From Candidatus Latescibacterota bacterium (lineage in GTDB: Bacteria > Latescibacterota > UBA2968 > UBA8231): a DNA stretch of 64,000 nt. A model generated the notes under the pieces. That model was not told the origin of the DNA. It saw only the letters and a program-made list of their open reading frames with translations, and searched no databases. The first letter of the stretch is position 1. The number at the start of each line of letters is the position of its first letter. Shown in pieces: positions 29,631-39,600 of the stretch. Made by a program: the position numbers and the translations under genes. Location of the stretch: positions 4,640,001 through 4,704,000 of the forward strand of contig OZ242005.1 of the NCBI GenBank assembly GCA_965204725.1, read 5' to 3'.

Positions 29631-29661
29631 TCATGCCCGAGATTATGAGGTGTTGAATAGA

Positions 29662-29694
29662 AAGCGCGACTCCGAATGTGCAGAAGTCGCGCTT
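29662..29694 (-). terminator. Terminator hairpin downstream of tmRNA
   Basis: AAGCGCGACT...AGTCGCGCTT stem followed by TCTATT on the minus strand. Confidence 0.65.
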
Positions 29695-29699
29695 AAAGA

Positions 29700-30058
29700 T
29701 GGTGGAGGCGGCGGGAATCGAACCCGCGTCCGAAACCGGTTCTACCGAAATATGCTACGTGCGTAGTCGGGCTTAGTTATCTCGCCTGTTGCGCTGCCGA
29801 CCGACGGGCCGCGCAACAAGCCAGCCCGAAAAATCTCATCCCATCCCCTCGGGCGCGAGTTTGGGACCAGCCTGCTAAGAGATGGCATTGGGACCTGTCG
29901 CGCAGGCTCAACAGGCCCCAATGGGCTGCGCTAAATTTAGGCAGCCAGAGCGTACGTGTTATTTTCGTCGCTTAATTGTTTCCCGAGGATTTACGAGGTG
30001 TCGGGACCTCGGCACGCAATTTGGGCTTTTCCGACCCCGTCGAAGCCATGTCGCCCCC
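29700..30058 (-). ncRNA. ssrA: tmRNA (359 nt); tag peptide (A)DENNTYALAA* at 29969-29937
   Basis: 5' GGGGGCGACATGGCTTCGAC, 3' GACGCGGGTTCGATTCCCGCCGCCTCCACCA, tag ending YALAA. Confidence 0.97.
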
Positions 30059-30065
30059 TGTGCAG

Positions 30066-30095
30066 ATAATAACAGACAATCGGGCACGATGTCAA
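30066..30095 (-). promoter_or_regulatory. Sigma70 promoter of ssrA
   Basis: TTGACA-N18-TATTAT with TG extension, 7 nt before the mature 5' end. Confidence 0.75.
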
Positions 30096-30143
30096 CGCTC
30101 GGCAGTGGGTCCGGTTGAAATGACGCACGACCGATTGACGTTT

Positions 30144-30389
30144 TTATCTGAGATTTTCCAAGAAATCTTCTATTTCCACGTTAGCTTTTTTTAAGTTGGT
30201 CTTCAGCGTCCCTTTGGCCATCTCGTTGCCTTGAATAAGAACCATTGTATCGATCTGGTCGGTGTCTGGGTATGTTCTGGTCATCACTATATGACTTCCC
30301 CTTTGTCGCTTAAAAGTAAACCCTAAGCGTTGAAGGGCGTTTTGGGCTTTCTCCGACGAGATACCAGAGGGAATTTTGGGATTAGGCAA
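30144..30389 (-). CDS. hicA: HicA family toxin
   Basis: LQRLGF..KRQRGSHIVM, KGTLK..LK.A; probable TTG start overlapping the hicB stop. Confidence 0.85.
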   Translation of the reverse strand: MPNPKIPSGISSEKAQNALQRLGFTFKRQRGSHIVMTRTYPDTDQIDTMVLIQGNEMAKGTLKTNLKKANVEIEDFLENLR

Positions 30390-30579
30390 GGTGCAGTTCT
30401 CTCTGGTGGCTTTCTGTAACTTCTTCAAGGTAGAGAGATACGGCTTCTTTGAGGTTGTTAAAAGCCTCTTCCTCATCCTTGCCTTGGCTGGCTATTCCGA
30501 TCTGAGGGCAATGGGATACGTACAGTCCTTTCTTCTCTTGATAAATTTCAGCCGTTAGGATTGTTCCTTGTTTCGGCAT
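30382..30579 (-). CDS. hicB: HicB family antitoxin (short, no DNA-binding domain)
   Basis: YVSHCPQIGIASQGKDEEEAFNNLKEAVSLYLE; RBS AAGGAG. Confidence 0.88.
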   Translation of the reverse strand: MPKQGTILTAEIYQEKKGLYVSHCPQIGIASQGKDEEEAFNNLKEAVSLYLEEVTESHQRELHLA

Positions 30580-30683
30580 AAGGAGCTCCTTCTTTGGGAT
30601 GAGTGTTAGAAGAAAATTTGGAGGGAGTTCTTTTCCTTAGCAAGTTGAGCCACTTCCCCACCAACTAGCCCACTTCCCAACGC

Positions 30684-31640
30684 TCAATTCACCACGTTGA
30701 TCGGCGCACCGGCCAAGAAGGCCCGCACGTTTTCTGCCGTCATTTGCATCAGTCGCTGGCGCGCCTCTAGAGTGGCCCAAGCGATATGGGGCGTGATGAG
30801 TAGATTCGGTGCCTGTAAGAGCGGGTTGCCGCTGGCCATCGGCTCGACCGAAGCCACGTCGGTCGCTGCCGCTCGGGGCTTGCCGGCGCGCAGGGCCTGC
30901 AAAAGGGCCTGCTCATTGACGAGTGCCCCGCGTGCCGTGTTGATAAAAAGCGACCCTTCCTTCATGGTTGCCAACAATTCGGCGTTGACAAAGCCCGTGT
31001 TGTCCGGGGTCTGTGGGCAGTGCAAGCTGACCACGTCGGCCCCGGCGAAAATCTCCGCCGTGCTCTTGAGGGCAAACGGCGCGTACCCCGGCGGGTCCTT
31101 GGGCGACGGCGCGTAAGCCCAGACCTCCATGCCAAAAGCGTGGGCCAGCTCGCCGACGCGCTGGCCGATGCGCCCAAAGCCCACTAGGCCGATAACCTTT
31201 CCCACGAGCTCCATCAGCGGAGTCTCCCAAAAGCACCAATAGCCCGATTCGGCCCACCCTCCTCGATGCACGGCCGCGTCGTGATGCCCGATTCGGTGGC
31301 ACAACTCCAGCAGCAGGGCCATGGTGTATTGGGCGACCGAATCGGTGCCGTAAACCGGAATGTTTGACACCGGAATGGCGCGGGCGCGGGCCGCCTCCAC
31401 ATCGACGATGTTGTACCCGGTGGCCATAACCGACACAAAGCGCAAGTTGGGTAGCTGGGCAAACGTCTCGGCCGTCAGCGGCACCTTATTGGTCAAAATC
31501 ACGTCGGCGTCCGCAGCCCGGGCCAAGATCAGGTCGTCTGGAGTGGTGTCGTGTACTGCAAACTCGCCCAATGCCGAGACCGGGTCCCAAGGATTGTCGC
31601 CGGGGTTTAGGGTGTGTCCGTCTAGCACTGTGATCTTCAT
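30684..31640 (-). CDS. D-2-hydroxyacid dehydrogenase (glycerate dehydrogenase-like)
   Basis: MKITVLDGHTLNPGD, GFGRIG, SLHCP, INTARG, TPHIAW motifs. Confidence 0.92.
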   Translation of the reverse strand: MKITVLDGHTLNPGDNPWDPVSALGEFAVHDTTPDDLILARAADADVILTNKVPLTAETFAQLPNLRFVSVMATGYNIVDVEAARARAIPVSNIPVYGTDSVAQYTMALLLELCHRIGHHDAAVHRGGWAESGYWCFWETPLMELVGKVIGLVGFGRIGQRVGELAHAFGMEVWAYAPSPKDPPGYAPFALKSTAEIFAGADVVSLHCPQTPDNTGFVNAELLATMKEGSLFINTARGALVNEQALLQALRAGKPRAAATDVASVEPMASGNPLLQAPNLLITPHIAWATLEARQRLMQMTAENVRAFLAGAPINVVN

Positions 31641-31654
31641 AGAGTTCCTTTTAG

Positions 31655-33496
31655 CTATTTCTGGAGTTGTCCCACGTCTCGCACTGCCCCGTGCGCCGCG
31701 CTCGTCGTCAGTGCAGCATAGGCTTGTAGCGATTGAGGGATGTGGCGTTGGCGGTTGCGGGGCCGATAGGCGTCTATTTTTTGCCGTCGGGCGGAGAGCG
31801 CGGCGTCTGCGATCTGCACGTCAATTTTGCGATTGGGAATGTCGATGCGAATCCGGTCGCCGGTTTCCACGAGGGCCAGTGCTCCGCCCTCGGCCGCCTC
31901 TGGCGAGACGTGGCCAATCGACAGGCCGGAGGTGCCGCCGGAAAAGCGGCCGTCGGTCAACAGCGCACAGGTCTTGCCCAGCCCCATGGACTTGAGATAC
32001 GACGTTGGATAGAGCATCTCCTGCATCCCCGGCCCGCCCTTGGGCCCCTCGTAGCGGATTACTACCACGTCGCCATCGCGGACCTTGCCGCCGAGGATAC
32101 CCTCGCATGCTTCGTCCTGCGACTCAAAGATCCGGGCCGTGCCCTCAAAGACCCAGATCGACTCATCGACGCCCGCGGTCTTCACGATGCAGCCATCCTC
32201 AGCGATGTTGCCGAAAAGCACGGCCAGCCCGCCGTCTTGCGAATAAGCGTGCGCGACCGAGCGGATGCAGCCGGTTTGCTCGTCGGTGTCCGACTCGGGA
32301 TAAAAGTTGTTTTGGGAGAAGGCGACCTTGGTCCGCACGTTCCCCGGGGCGGCCAATGCCCGCTGCTTGGCCGCCGCTTCCACCGCACCCGGCCCGCGAA
32401 TGTCGTTTGCGGCGATTAGCTCGCCCAGCGACAGCCCGGCCACGGTGTTTGGCTCGGGGTGGATTTTGCCGGCGCGCAACAGCTCGCCGAGGATGCTCAT
32501 AATGCCGCCGGCGCGTGCGACGTCCTCTAGGTGAAACTCCTGCGAGGCCGGTGCTACCTTGCAGATGCAGGGGACCTGCCGCGAGAGCCGGTCGATGTCG
32601 GCCATGGTGAAATTGACTTCGGCCTCGCGGGCCATGGCCAACAGGTGCAGGACCGTGTTGGTGGAGCCGCCCATGGCAATGTCTAAGCTCATGGCGTTTT
32701 CAAAGGCCGAGAAGGTTGCAATGCTGCGCGGCAGCACCGACGTGTTGCCCTCTAAGTAAAATGCCTTGGCCATTTCGACAATTCGCTTGCCGGCCGCGGC
32801 AAAAAGCTCCCAGCGCAGTGCGTGCGTGGCGAGGACGGTGCCGTTGCCCGGCAGGGCTAGGCCGATGGCCTCGTTGAGGCAGTTCATGGAGTTGGCGGTG
32901 AACATGCCCGAGCACGAGCCACAGGTCGGGCAGGCTTGTTCTTCCATCTTGGCGACGTCCTCGTCGCTCAAGTTGGGATCGGCCGCGGCGACCATGGAGT
33001 CGATCAAATCGAGCTTGGCGCTGCCTGTTGATAGCTCGGCCTTGCCGGCCTCCATCGGCCCCCCAGAGACGAAGATCGCCGGGATGTTGAGCCTGAGCGC
33101 GGCCAGCAACATGCCTGGGGTGATCTTGTCACAATTGGAGATGCAGACGAGGGCGTCGGCCTTGTGGGCCTGCACCATGTATTCGACGCTGTCGGCGATT
33201 AGCTCGCGGCTCGGCAGGGAGTAGAGCATCCCGTCGTGCCCCATGGCAATGCCGTCATCTACGGCAATGGTGTTAAACTCCACACCGTAGCCGCCGTGCT
33301 GGTCGATCACTTCCTTGACCTGCTGGCCAATGGGGTGCAAATGCACATGCCCGGGCACGAACTGAGTAAAGGAGTTGGCGATGGCGACGATGGGCTTTTG
33401 AAAGTCCTCGGTCTTCATGCCAGTGGCGCGCCACAGGGCACGCGCCCCGGCCATTCGCCGCCCCTGCGTGGTGGTACTGCTGCGAAATGATTGCAT
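31655..33496 (-). CDS. ilvD: Dihydroxy-acid dehydratase
   Basis: [53 protein letters not shown]. Confidence 0.98.
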   Translation of the reverse strand: MQSFRSSTTTQGRRMAGARALWRATGMKTEDFQKPIVAIANSFTQFVPGHVHLHPIGQQVKEVIDQHGGYGVEFNTIAVDDGIAMGHDGMLYSLPSRELIADSVEYMVQAHKADALVCISNCDKITPGMLLAALRLNIPAIFVSGGPMEAGKAELSTGSAKLDLIDSMVAAADPNLSDEDVAKMEEQACPTCGSCSGMFTANSMNCLNEAIGLALPGNGTVLATHALRWELFAAAGKRIVEMAKAFYLEGNTSVLPRSIATFSAFENAMSLDIAMGGSTNTVLHLLAMAREAEVNFTMADIDRLSRQVPCICKVAPASQEFHLEDVARAGGIMSILGELLRAGKIHPEPNTVAGLSLGELIAANDIRGPGAVEAAAKQRALAAPGNVRTKVAFSQNNFYPESDTDEQTGCIRSVAHAYSQDGGLAVLFGNIAEDGCIVKTAGVDESIWVFEGTARIFESQDEACEGILGGKVRDGDVVVIRYEGPKGGPGMQEMLYPTSYLKSMGLGKTCALLTDGRFSGGTSGLSIGHVSPEAAEGGALALVETGDRIRIDIPNRKIDVQIADAALSARRQKIDAYRPRNRQRHIPQSLQAYAALTTSAAHGAVRDVGQLQK

Positions 33497-33572
33497 AAAA
33501 GCCCTTTCAGGAAGCTGCCGTCTGGCAGCGGGTTTTATAGTTAAGATGTGGTAAATCTGCGTTTTGCGCTTG

Positions 33573-33648
33573 CTCTGTCATGCTGAGCGAAGGCGAAGCA
33601 TCTGCTGCCTCCATTACTCTGTCATGCTGAGCGAAGCGAAGCATCTGC
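33573..33648. repeat. Tandem pair of REP-like elements
   Basis: CTCTGTCATGCTGAGCGAAG(G)CGAAGCATCTGC at 33573 and 33617. Confidence 0.75.
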
Positions 33649-33650
33649 GT

Positions 33651-34505
33651 CTATCTGGCGAAATCAAATTCCAACACATCGCCCAAAGGCACGTAGCCGA
33701 TTTTCTCATAGATGCTGTTAGAGGTTGGATTGGATACGTCGGCAAATAGGCTGCAAAACGAATAGTGCTCTGAGAGCAGCTTCTGGGTCAACGACGCGAC
33801 GCATGAAGTGGCATATCCTTTGTTGCGCTGCTCGGGCGGCGTGTACACCGCGTTGATCGTCGTGCCGTTTGTCAGCGGGCGAGAGGCTTTGGCGATGGAG
33901 ACCGGCCCGTTGCAATCCCATACGTGTAGTTGCCCGTCGCCGATGGCCCGCTCGGCCTCTCTCGTCTTTTGGTCGCTATCGGCTGGCTCGCCCAACGCCT
34001 CTTGCGAAAAGGCGGCCATCCACTCCGCCATGAGCGGATAGTCGGCCATGCTGGCCAAGCGCAGCTCCCCCGCCGAAAGGGGGACAGCGGCCACCGTGCG
34101 CGCCTCAAATACGCGCATCCGCGCGGCCACCCTAGGCGATGCGCTAGGCACGGCCTCTGCCCAGCAAGCGGAAAAGGCGCGCGCTTGGGACGCCGGCCCG
34201 ACGACGCCGGGGATGAGCGCGTCCGTTTTAAGCAGGTAGCGCACGAGATGAGCCATAATCCCATGTGCAACAAACGTGCTCAGGACGAGTCGCCGCGGCG
34301 GCGTCATTACGGCCACGCCGACCACTTCCCCTTGCTCCAAGACACTCAATAGCAGCGGTGGCTCAGGACCATAGCGCAGGGGGTCTTTGGCGAGCGCGTA
34401 CGCGAGGCCGAGCGGCAAGTTGTTTTCGCTCTCCCGCGCTTCGAGGCAAGCACCTGAAAGCGCAATCAACTCGCTGGCGCTGGCGTGATGTATTATTTCG
34501 GGCAT
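33651..34505 (-). CDS. GNAT family N-acetyltransferase
   Basis: VYTPPEQRNKGYA acetyl-CoA motif, NPTSNSIYEKIGY. Confidence 0.9.
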   Translation of the reverse strand: MPEIIHHASASELIALSGACLEARESENNLPLGLAYALAKDPLRYGPEPPLLLSVLEQGEVVGVAVMTPPRRLVLSTFVAHGIMAHLVRYLLKTDALIPGVVGPASQARAFSACWAEAVPSASPRVAARMRVFEARTVAAVPLSAGELRLASMADYPLMAEWMAAFSQEALGEPADSDQKTREAERAIGDGQLHVWDCNGPVSIAKASRPLTNGTTINAVYTPPEQRNKGYATSCVASLTQKLLSEHYSFCSLFADVSNPTSNSIYEKIGYVPLGDVLEFDFAR

Positions 34506-36601
34506 TAAAAGGCCTGACCAATAGAAAAGTAAAACCGCACTCGCGGCCCCTCGTCCAAGTCGTCGTTGAGGGAGCCATCGTTAAAGGCTATGTCGAGCCG
34601 GAGGGGAAAACCCAAGACGTAGCGCACCCCCACCCCATAGCCATCTACCATGGGCCGCAAGGCCGCCTCGCTGGGCCGACGCCAGACCTGCGCCCGATCC
34701 CAAAAGCCAACGAGGCCGAAACTGTTCCGCTGATAGCGCAATTCCCCGCGCATATTCAGGCCGAGGCGTCCGCCGCCCGTCGCCTGTATAGCATCGTATT
34801 CGACTCCACGCACCGATCCCTCGCCTCCGTACGCCTTCCAGTACTTCTGCGGCAGGGCGCGTCCTCGACGCAGCGAACCCGTCCGCGTCCCTTGCAGGGC
34901 TAGGGCCAACACGAGCTGGCGCGAGAGTGGCTGGTAATATATAAGCTCGGCCTCGCCGTCAATCACATAGGTCTGGTGCCGACCCAGAATGAACGAATAG
35001 GCGTACAGTCCGGTCAACCGCAAAAACGCGCCGCGGGTGGGGGCAAAGGGGTCATCGCGCGAGTCGCGCAAAAACTCGGTCCGCAAATTGACCGAGCGCT
35101 CGCGTTCCGTCAGAATCTGGAGCCAATCCGCGGTCACGGGGATTTTGCCGTCGCTGTAGTCTATGATCTCGTCTTGGGCGAGGGAACGGCCTTTGCCAGA
35201 GAAGTCGAAGTCGTCGTCGCCGAACAGGTCTTCCGCATCGGTCGGCTCATCGCTGCCGCTTTCTCCCCCTTCGGCGGGATTGGGCGCGTAGGCTATGCGC
35301 TTGCTCGGATCGGGCTGGATACGCGAGTCTTCCCCGCTAAGAGAGACTTGGGCTTGATAAATCTCGCGCCAGCCTTTGGTGAGCGTTGCTTCGGCTTTCC
35401 ACAAGTGCTCAATCGAGCGGTATTTGAAGGTGGCCGTGTTGATGTACTCCCGCGCATCTACTTCCCCAGAGAACAACAAAAGGCCGTTGAGTATTGAGTC
35501 GTTGGCCGTCAAAAGCGCGAATTGCCGCTGGTCGTCTGGGTCGCCAGACCGCCTCGTGTTGTCTTCCCATTCGTCGGTGACCCCGGTCGATAGCACTAGG
35601 TCGGCCCCCGTGCCTAGCAAGTTGCGCTCGGTAAAGGACGCGGTGATGCCCTGCTCCGGCTGCCCCCAACTGGCGTCGAGGCTTAGCCGAGCGCCGCGGC
35701 CCAGCCAGTTGTTGTGTTGCACGAGCCCTTCCACGCGCGGCCTCGTGTTGCTGAACAAGGCGTTGGCACTCAGGGCGATGCGCTTTTTTTCGCTCAGGCG
35801 CACCACGATGGGCTGCAAGCTATCGCCCGTCTCGGGCGTGAGCAAAAAAACCGAGCGGAACAGGCCGGTCCGCGCCAGTTGCTCGCGGCTTTTGGCGAGC
35901 TGCTCGGGATCGTACACGTCCCCCGGCTCAAAGTGCATGTAGCGCTCGATTAGCTCCTTGCGCGTGTATAGCTGGTCGAGGTTTTCGACCTCGACGGCGC
36001 CGAAGTACATCTTGCGCCCGGGATCAATGCGGAAAACGACCTCGGTGCTGCGGCTGGCGCGGTCGTCCCCTACCCACTCGTTGCGCACGGCGGCGTGAGG
36101 ATAGCCGCGCTGATTGAGGAAGCCTTGGAGTTGGCGCTCGCCTTCGAGCACCTTGCCGTAGTCAAGGGGGGCACCAGCGCGCAAGCTGACCTGAGTACGC
36201 AGGGTGTCGGCCGCAAAGGGCGCGCCTCCTACGAGCGTTAGACGACGCACCGTCCACAGCGCGCCGCTGTCGATTTCAATGTGAATGTTTACCCGGTCTT
36301 TGGCGTCCAAGCGCAGGTACTTGCGGACGATCTCGGCGTCGCGGTAGCCTTTGCTGCGGTAGAGGTTGACGAGTTGGCTCAGGTCGTTTTTGAAGAAGCG
36401 GCGGTGGAAACGCTTGCCTTCTTGGGTCTGCATGGCCGCGCGCAAGGTCTCGCCTTTGATGCGCTTTTCGCCGCGGTGAACGAAGCGTATCTGGGCCACC
36501 TTGTGGCCATCGGCTTGGCGGGCCGCTGTTTCGCGCAACTCCCCTTGGGCCGAGACAGCCTCGGCGAGGGCCAGACAGAGCGCGGCGGCGAACAAGCTCA
36601 T
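34505..36601 (-). CDS. Omp85 family (TamA/BamA-like) outer-membrane protein
   Basis: Three POTRA-like segments, GGEGSVRG, C-terminal FYFSIGQAF; coupled to the tamB-like gene. Confidence 0.88.
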   Translation of the reverse strand: MSLFAAALCLALAEAVSAQGELRETAARQADGHKVAQIRFVHRGEKRIKGETLRAAMQTQEGKRFHRRFFKNDLSQLVNLYRSKGYRDAEIVRKYLRLDAKDRVNIHIEIDSGALWTVRRLTLVGGAPFAADTLRTQVSLRAGAPLDYGKVLEGERQLQGFLNQRGYPHAAVRNEWVGDDRASRSTEVVFRIDPGRKMYFGAVEVENLDQLYTRKELIERYMHFEPGDVYDPEQLAKSREQLARTGLFRSVFLLTPETGDSLQPIVVRLSEKKRIALSANALFSNTRPRVEGLVQHNNWLGRGARLSLDASWGQPEQGITASFTERNLLGTGADLVLSTGVTDEWEDNTRRSGDPDDQRQFALLTANDSILNGLLLFSGEVDAREYINTATFKYRSIEHLWKAEATLTKGWREIYQAQVSLSGEDSRIQPDPSKRIAYAPNPAEGGESGSDEPTDAEDLFGDDDFDFSGKGRSLAQDEIIDYSDGKIPVTADWLQILTERERSVNLRTEFLRDSRDDPFAPTRGAFLRLTGLYAYSFILGRHQTYVIDGEAELIYYQPLSRQLVLALALQGTRTGSLRRGRALPQKYWKAYGGEGSVRGVEYDAIQATGGGRLGLNMRGELRYQRNSFGLVGFWDRAQVWRRPSEAALRPMVDGYGVGVRYVLGFPLRLDIAFNDGSLNDDLDEGPRVRFYFSIGQAF

Positions 36602-39600
36602 CGGAACTCTCGCTTGAGGCCGATGCCCAGCCCATAGCTTTCGTACTTGCTTTGGGCCGAGCCGACGATGGTCAGAAAGGACTTGATTTTGTGCTCGATC
36701 TGCACCTCGCCCGCCGCCATGTCTTTTAGTAGGGCCTCGTAGCGCACCCAGAGCGGCAGAGGCAACCCGCCGAGGTACTTGCCGGCGCGGAGGACGGGAG
36801 CCCCAGGCGAAGCACCGGCAATCGCGCTCGACGGCAGAACCGTGAATTCGTTAAGCCCCACCTTTTCGACTTGCTTGCTCAAAAGCTGGCCAGCGGCCGT
36901 GCCAAAGGCCACGGCCGCTGTATTAAAGGACGCGATGGTGTCGGGGTTGGCCATGTTAAAGGCCAGCAGGTTGACGATGCTTGGAAGGTCCAGCGGGTCC
37001 ACATCTGAATCCTCCGAGTTTGCAGAAAACTCCGGCACGATTTTCTGCGTCGGCCCTCGCAGCGTCAAAATCACGTCGTATTTCGCGCCGGTCTGAATGT
37101 CTTCGATGCCCTCGATCGCGGCCTGCACGTCGAGGGTGGGGTTCAGTTCGAGGGGGTCGTACATCACGTCGAGGATGGACTTAGTCGGCGCGAGGCGGTT
37201 TAAGACGACGCGCCCTCGGGTGATGGCAAACGGCTGGTTGAGTACGAAGACCTTCCCTTCGTCTATGGTGATGTCGCCTTGGAAGAGCGGCTTGTAGAAG
37301 GTGCCGCCGACCTCGACCGCACCGGACGCTTCGACCTCGGCTAGCTCGCTGTCGAGGGCGAGGCCGCGGAGATCGACCTCGACCGCGAGGGCCATGTTCT
37401 CCAAGAACTCGTTGCGCAAGGCCGGCGGTGGCGGTGGCGTGGGAAGCGTGAGAGCCACGAGGCTCGCCTCAGACTGCGGCCGGTCAATGCGGATGCGCCC
37501 CGCCAACTCGGATGCGCGAATCGAGCCGGCGAAAGATAGGTCCAAGTCGATGTCATCCGCCTCAAAGGACTGGGCGACGGCCTCGTAGTAGGAGGTCATC
37601 CGCTCGGCTTGGAGCCGCAAGTCAAAGCTAGGGTCGTCGAGCCGCGCTAGGTTGAGCCGCCCGGCGAGCGACGCGCTGCGAAACCCCCGCTTAGGCTCGT
37701 TCTCAACGGCGAAACCCACCAATTCGACCTTCCGGCCCTTGAATTGCAACTGCCCGTCGGGCAGGGCGTACATCGGCTCGAGATCGAGCAGGGCAAATTC
37801 GAGGTCCGCGACCCCTATTTGGCCCTGTAATGACAGCGTTGAGTCCAGCCCGTCGGCCCGGAGGTCCGCGCTAACCCGGCCGTCGAGATGGTCCAGTTCG
37901 GCGATTAGATCGCCGAGGAAGAGGAGGCCGATGCCGTTGGAACGCGCCGCTAGCCAGCCCTCGTCTAAGGAGAGCGCGCCGGCCGGCAAATCCCAAGGCA
38001 CGCGACCGGTCACGATGAGGCTGTCGTCGAGCGAGGTCGTCCAGTTCAAGTGCCAATCGCCGCCGCCCCGATCGCCGACGAGCCGGCCGCGCAGCACCCC
38101 TAAGTCCTCGGTTGCCGCGTCCAGATCGACGGCGAGCTGGGGGGCGGATGCCGTACCGCTGACTTCGGCGCTGAGCTGGACCAGCCCCTTGGGGCCGCCG
38201 AAGAAAGCCAAGTCTGCGTCTTTAAGGGCCAACTCAATCTGCGAGTGCTCGGTGTCCGCCAGTTGGCCCGCCAGTCGCAAGGTGCCGGCTGGCTGGAGGG
38301 CGCGGTCGTCGCGGTCGTAACGCCACAAGCCAATCGCGACCGAGTCCAGCAGCACGCGGCCCTCCCCGAGCGCGAATCGCCCGCCGGACAAAAGGCCCAG
38401 CCGCAGCGAGTCGGCCGCTTGCGACTGGAGGGCCAAGCCGCGCACGTCGATATGCCCGGCCAAGTCCTGCCAGCGCGGCATGGCCCCCTCCAAGGCCGCT
38501 TCTAAGCGCCCTTCGAGATCGAGCCGCCCGTGCAGCGGGCGTCCCAAAGCATAACTGAGCACCGGCCCCAAGTCGGCCTCGACCGCCTCGATTGCGAGCT
38601 GGGCAGCGGCTTCCCCCGGCCCGAAGAGCGGGGCGGCTCGGCAGGTGAGCGCGAGGCGGACGCCGGCATCGGCGGTCAACTCGGCCCGGAGCGAATCCGC
38701 CAGCGCGAGGCGCAACTGAACATTGCCGAGGGCAAAGGTGTCGAGGCGCGTCTCCGCCAGCGTCACCACCCCCTGCGCCTCCGGTCTGGCCAGCGTCCCG
38801 CCAACTCGCAGATGCCCTGCGCCTGTCGCGCTGAGGTCGGGCACGAGGTTCGCCAGCGCAAGGCCCGGCAGGTCCACGGCAAACGCGAGCGAATCCCGCC
38901 CGATCTGACCGGAAAGGCCCACTAGGCCGACCGGCGTTTGCAAGTGTACCGCGGCGAGGTCCAAGCGTCCGTCTCCATAGTCGGCTCGGAGCGGACCGTA
39001 GCTCTGCAATGCCCATGCCCCCTGCCGCAGCAAGAGCGAGTCGAGCGCGAGGCTCCCTTGGGCCGCGTACAGGCTGTCCAACGGCCCTTCCCACCGCAAA
39101 GTACCGCTCAATGCGGTCACTGCCCCATCTGCTCCCCGCAACAAGGTGTCGGCGAAATCCGCTTGGGCCATTAAGTGCCCGGCCGCGTCTAGCTCCGCCA
39201 GTACGCTCACGCCCGACCCTCGGCCAGCGACCCGCGCCGCGCCTTGGTCCCAGCCCATGTCCAGCGCGAGTTCGCCGGTCTGCCACCCCGCGTACGCCAG
39301 CGGCGTAGTCGCGCTACGCCCGGCCAGCCGCAGCCCGTTGAGCGACAGCCCGCCTCCCCCGCGCAAATTCGCGTCGAGCTGTCCGCTCAACCCGGGCATG
39401 ACCCGCTCCAGCACCAGCCCGTTCACGGCGGCCGTCAGCGTATCGATCTCCTCGGTCGCTAGGTCGATGTCCGCCCGCGCCACCAAGAGATCGCGCTCTA
39501 AGCGCAGCGCGGTCGTGAGATAGCGGTTGGCAAACAGGTGTAGATCGGCCGAGAGCGGCCCGAACCCTTTGCCCAATTTGCCGGGGAGACGGCTGGTCGT

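Noticed and set aside
27750-30600. Intact prophage or ICE integrated at ssrA
   Set aside because: No integrase, phage or conjugation genes and no att duplication seen
30648-30682. Short direct repeat (GCC(C)ACTTCCC) between the dehydrogenase and hicB
   Set aside because: Two imperfect ~12-bp copies only; no supportable function
33573-33648. Mini CRISPR array
   Set aside because: Only two copies with an 11-bp gap; the sequence is a REP-like GTCA element
38234-39286. 350-aa alternative-frame ORF inside tamB, and similar long shadow ORFs (136-696, 19416-20288, 51535-52380, 54059-55063, 59934-60779)
   Set aside because: Fully overlap well-supported genes and are mostly Arg/Gly/Ala-rich with no motifs; expected by-products of high GC
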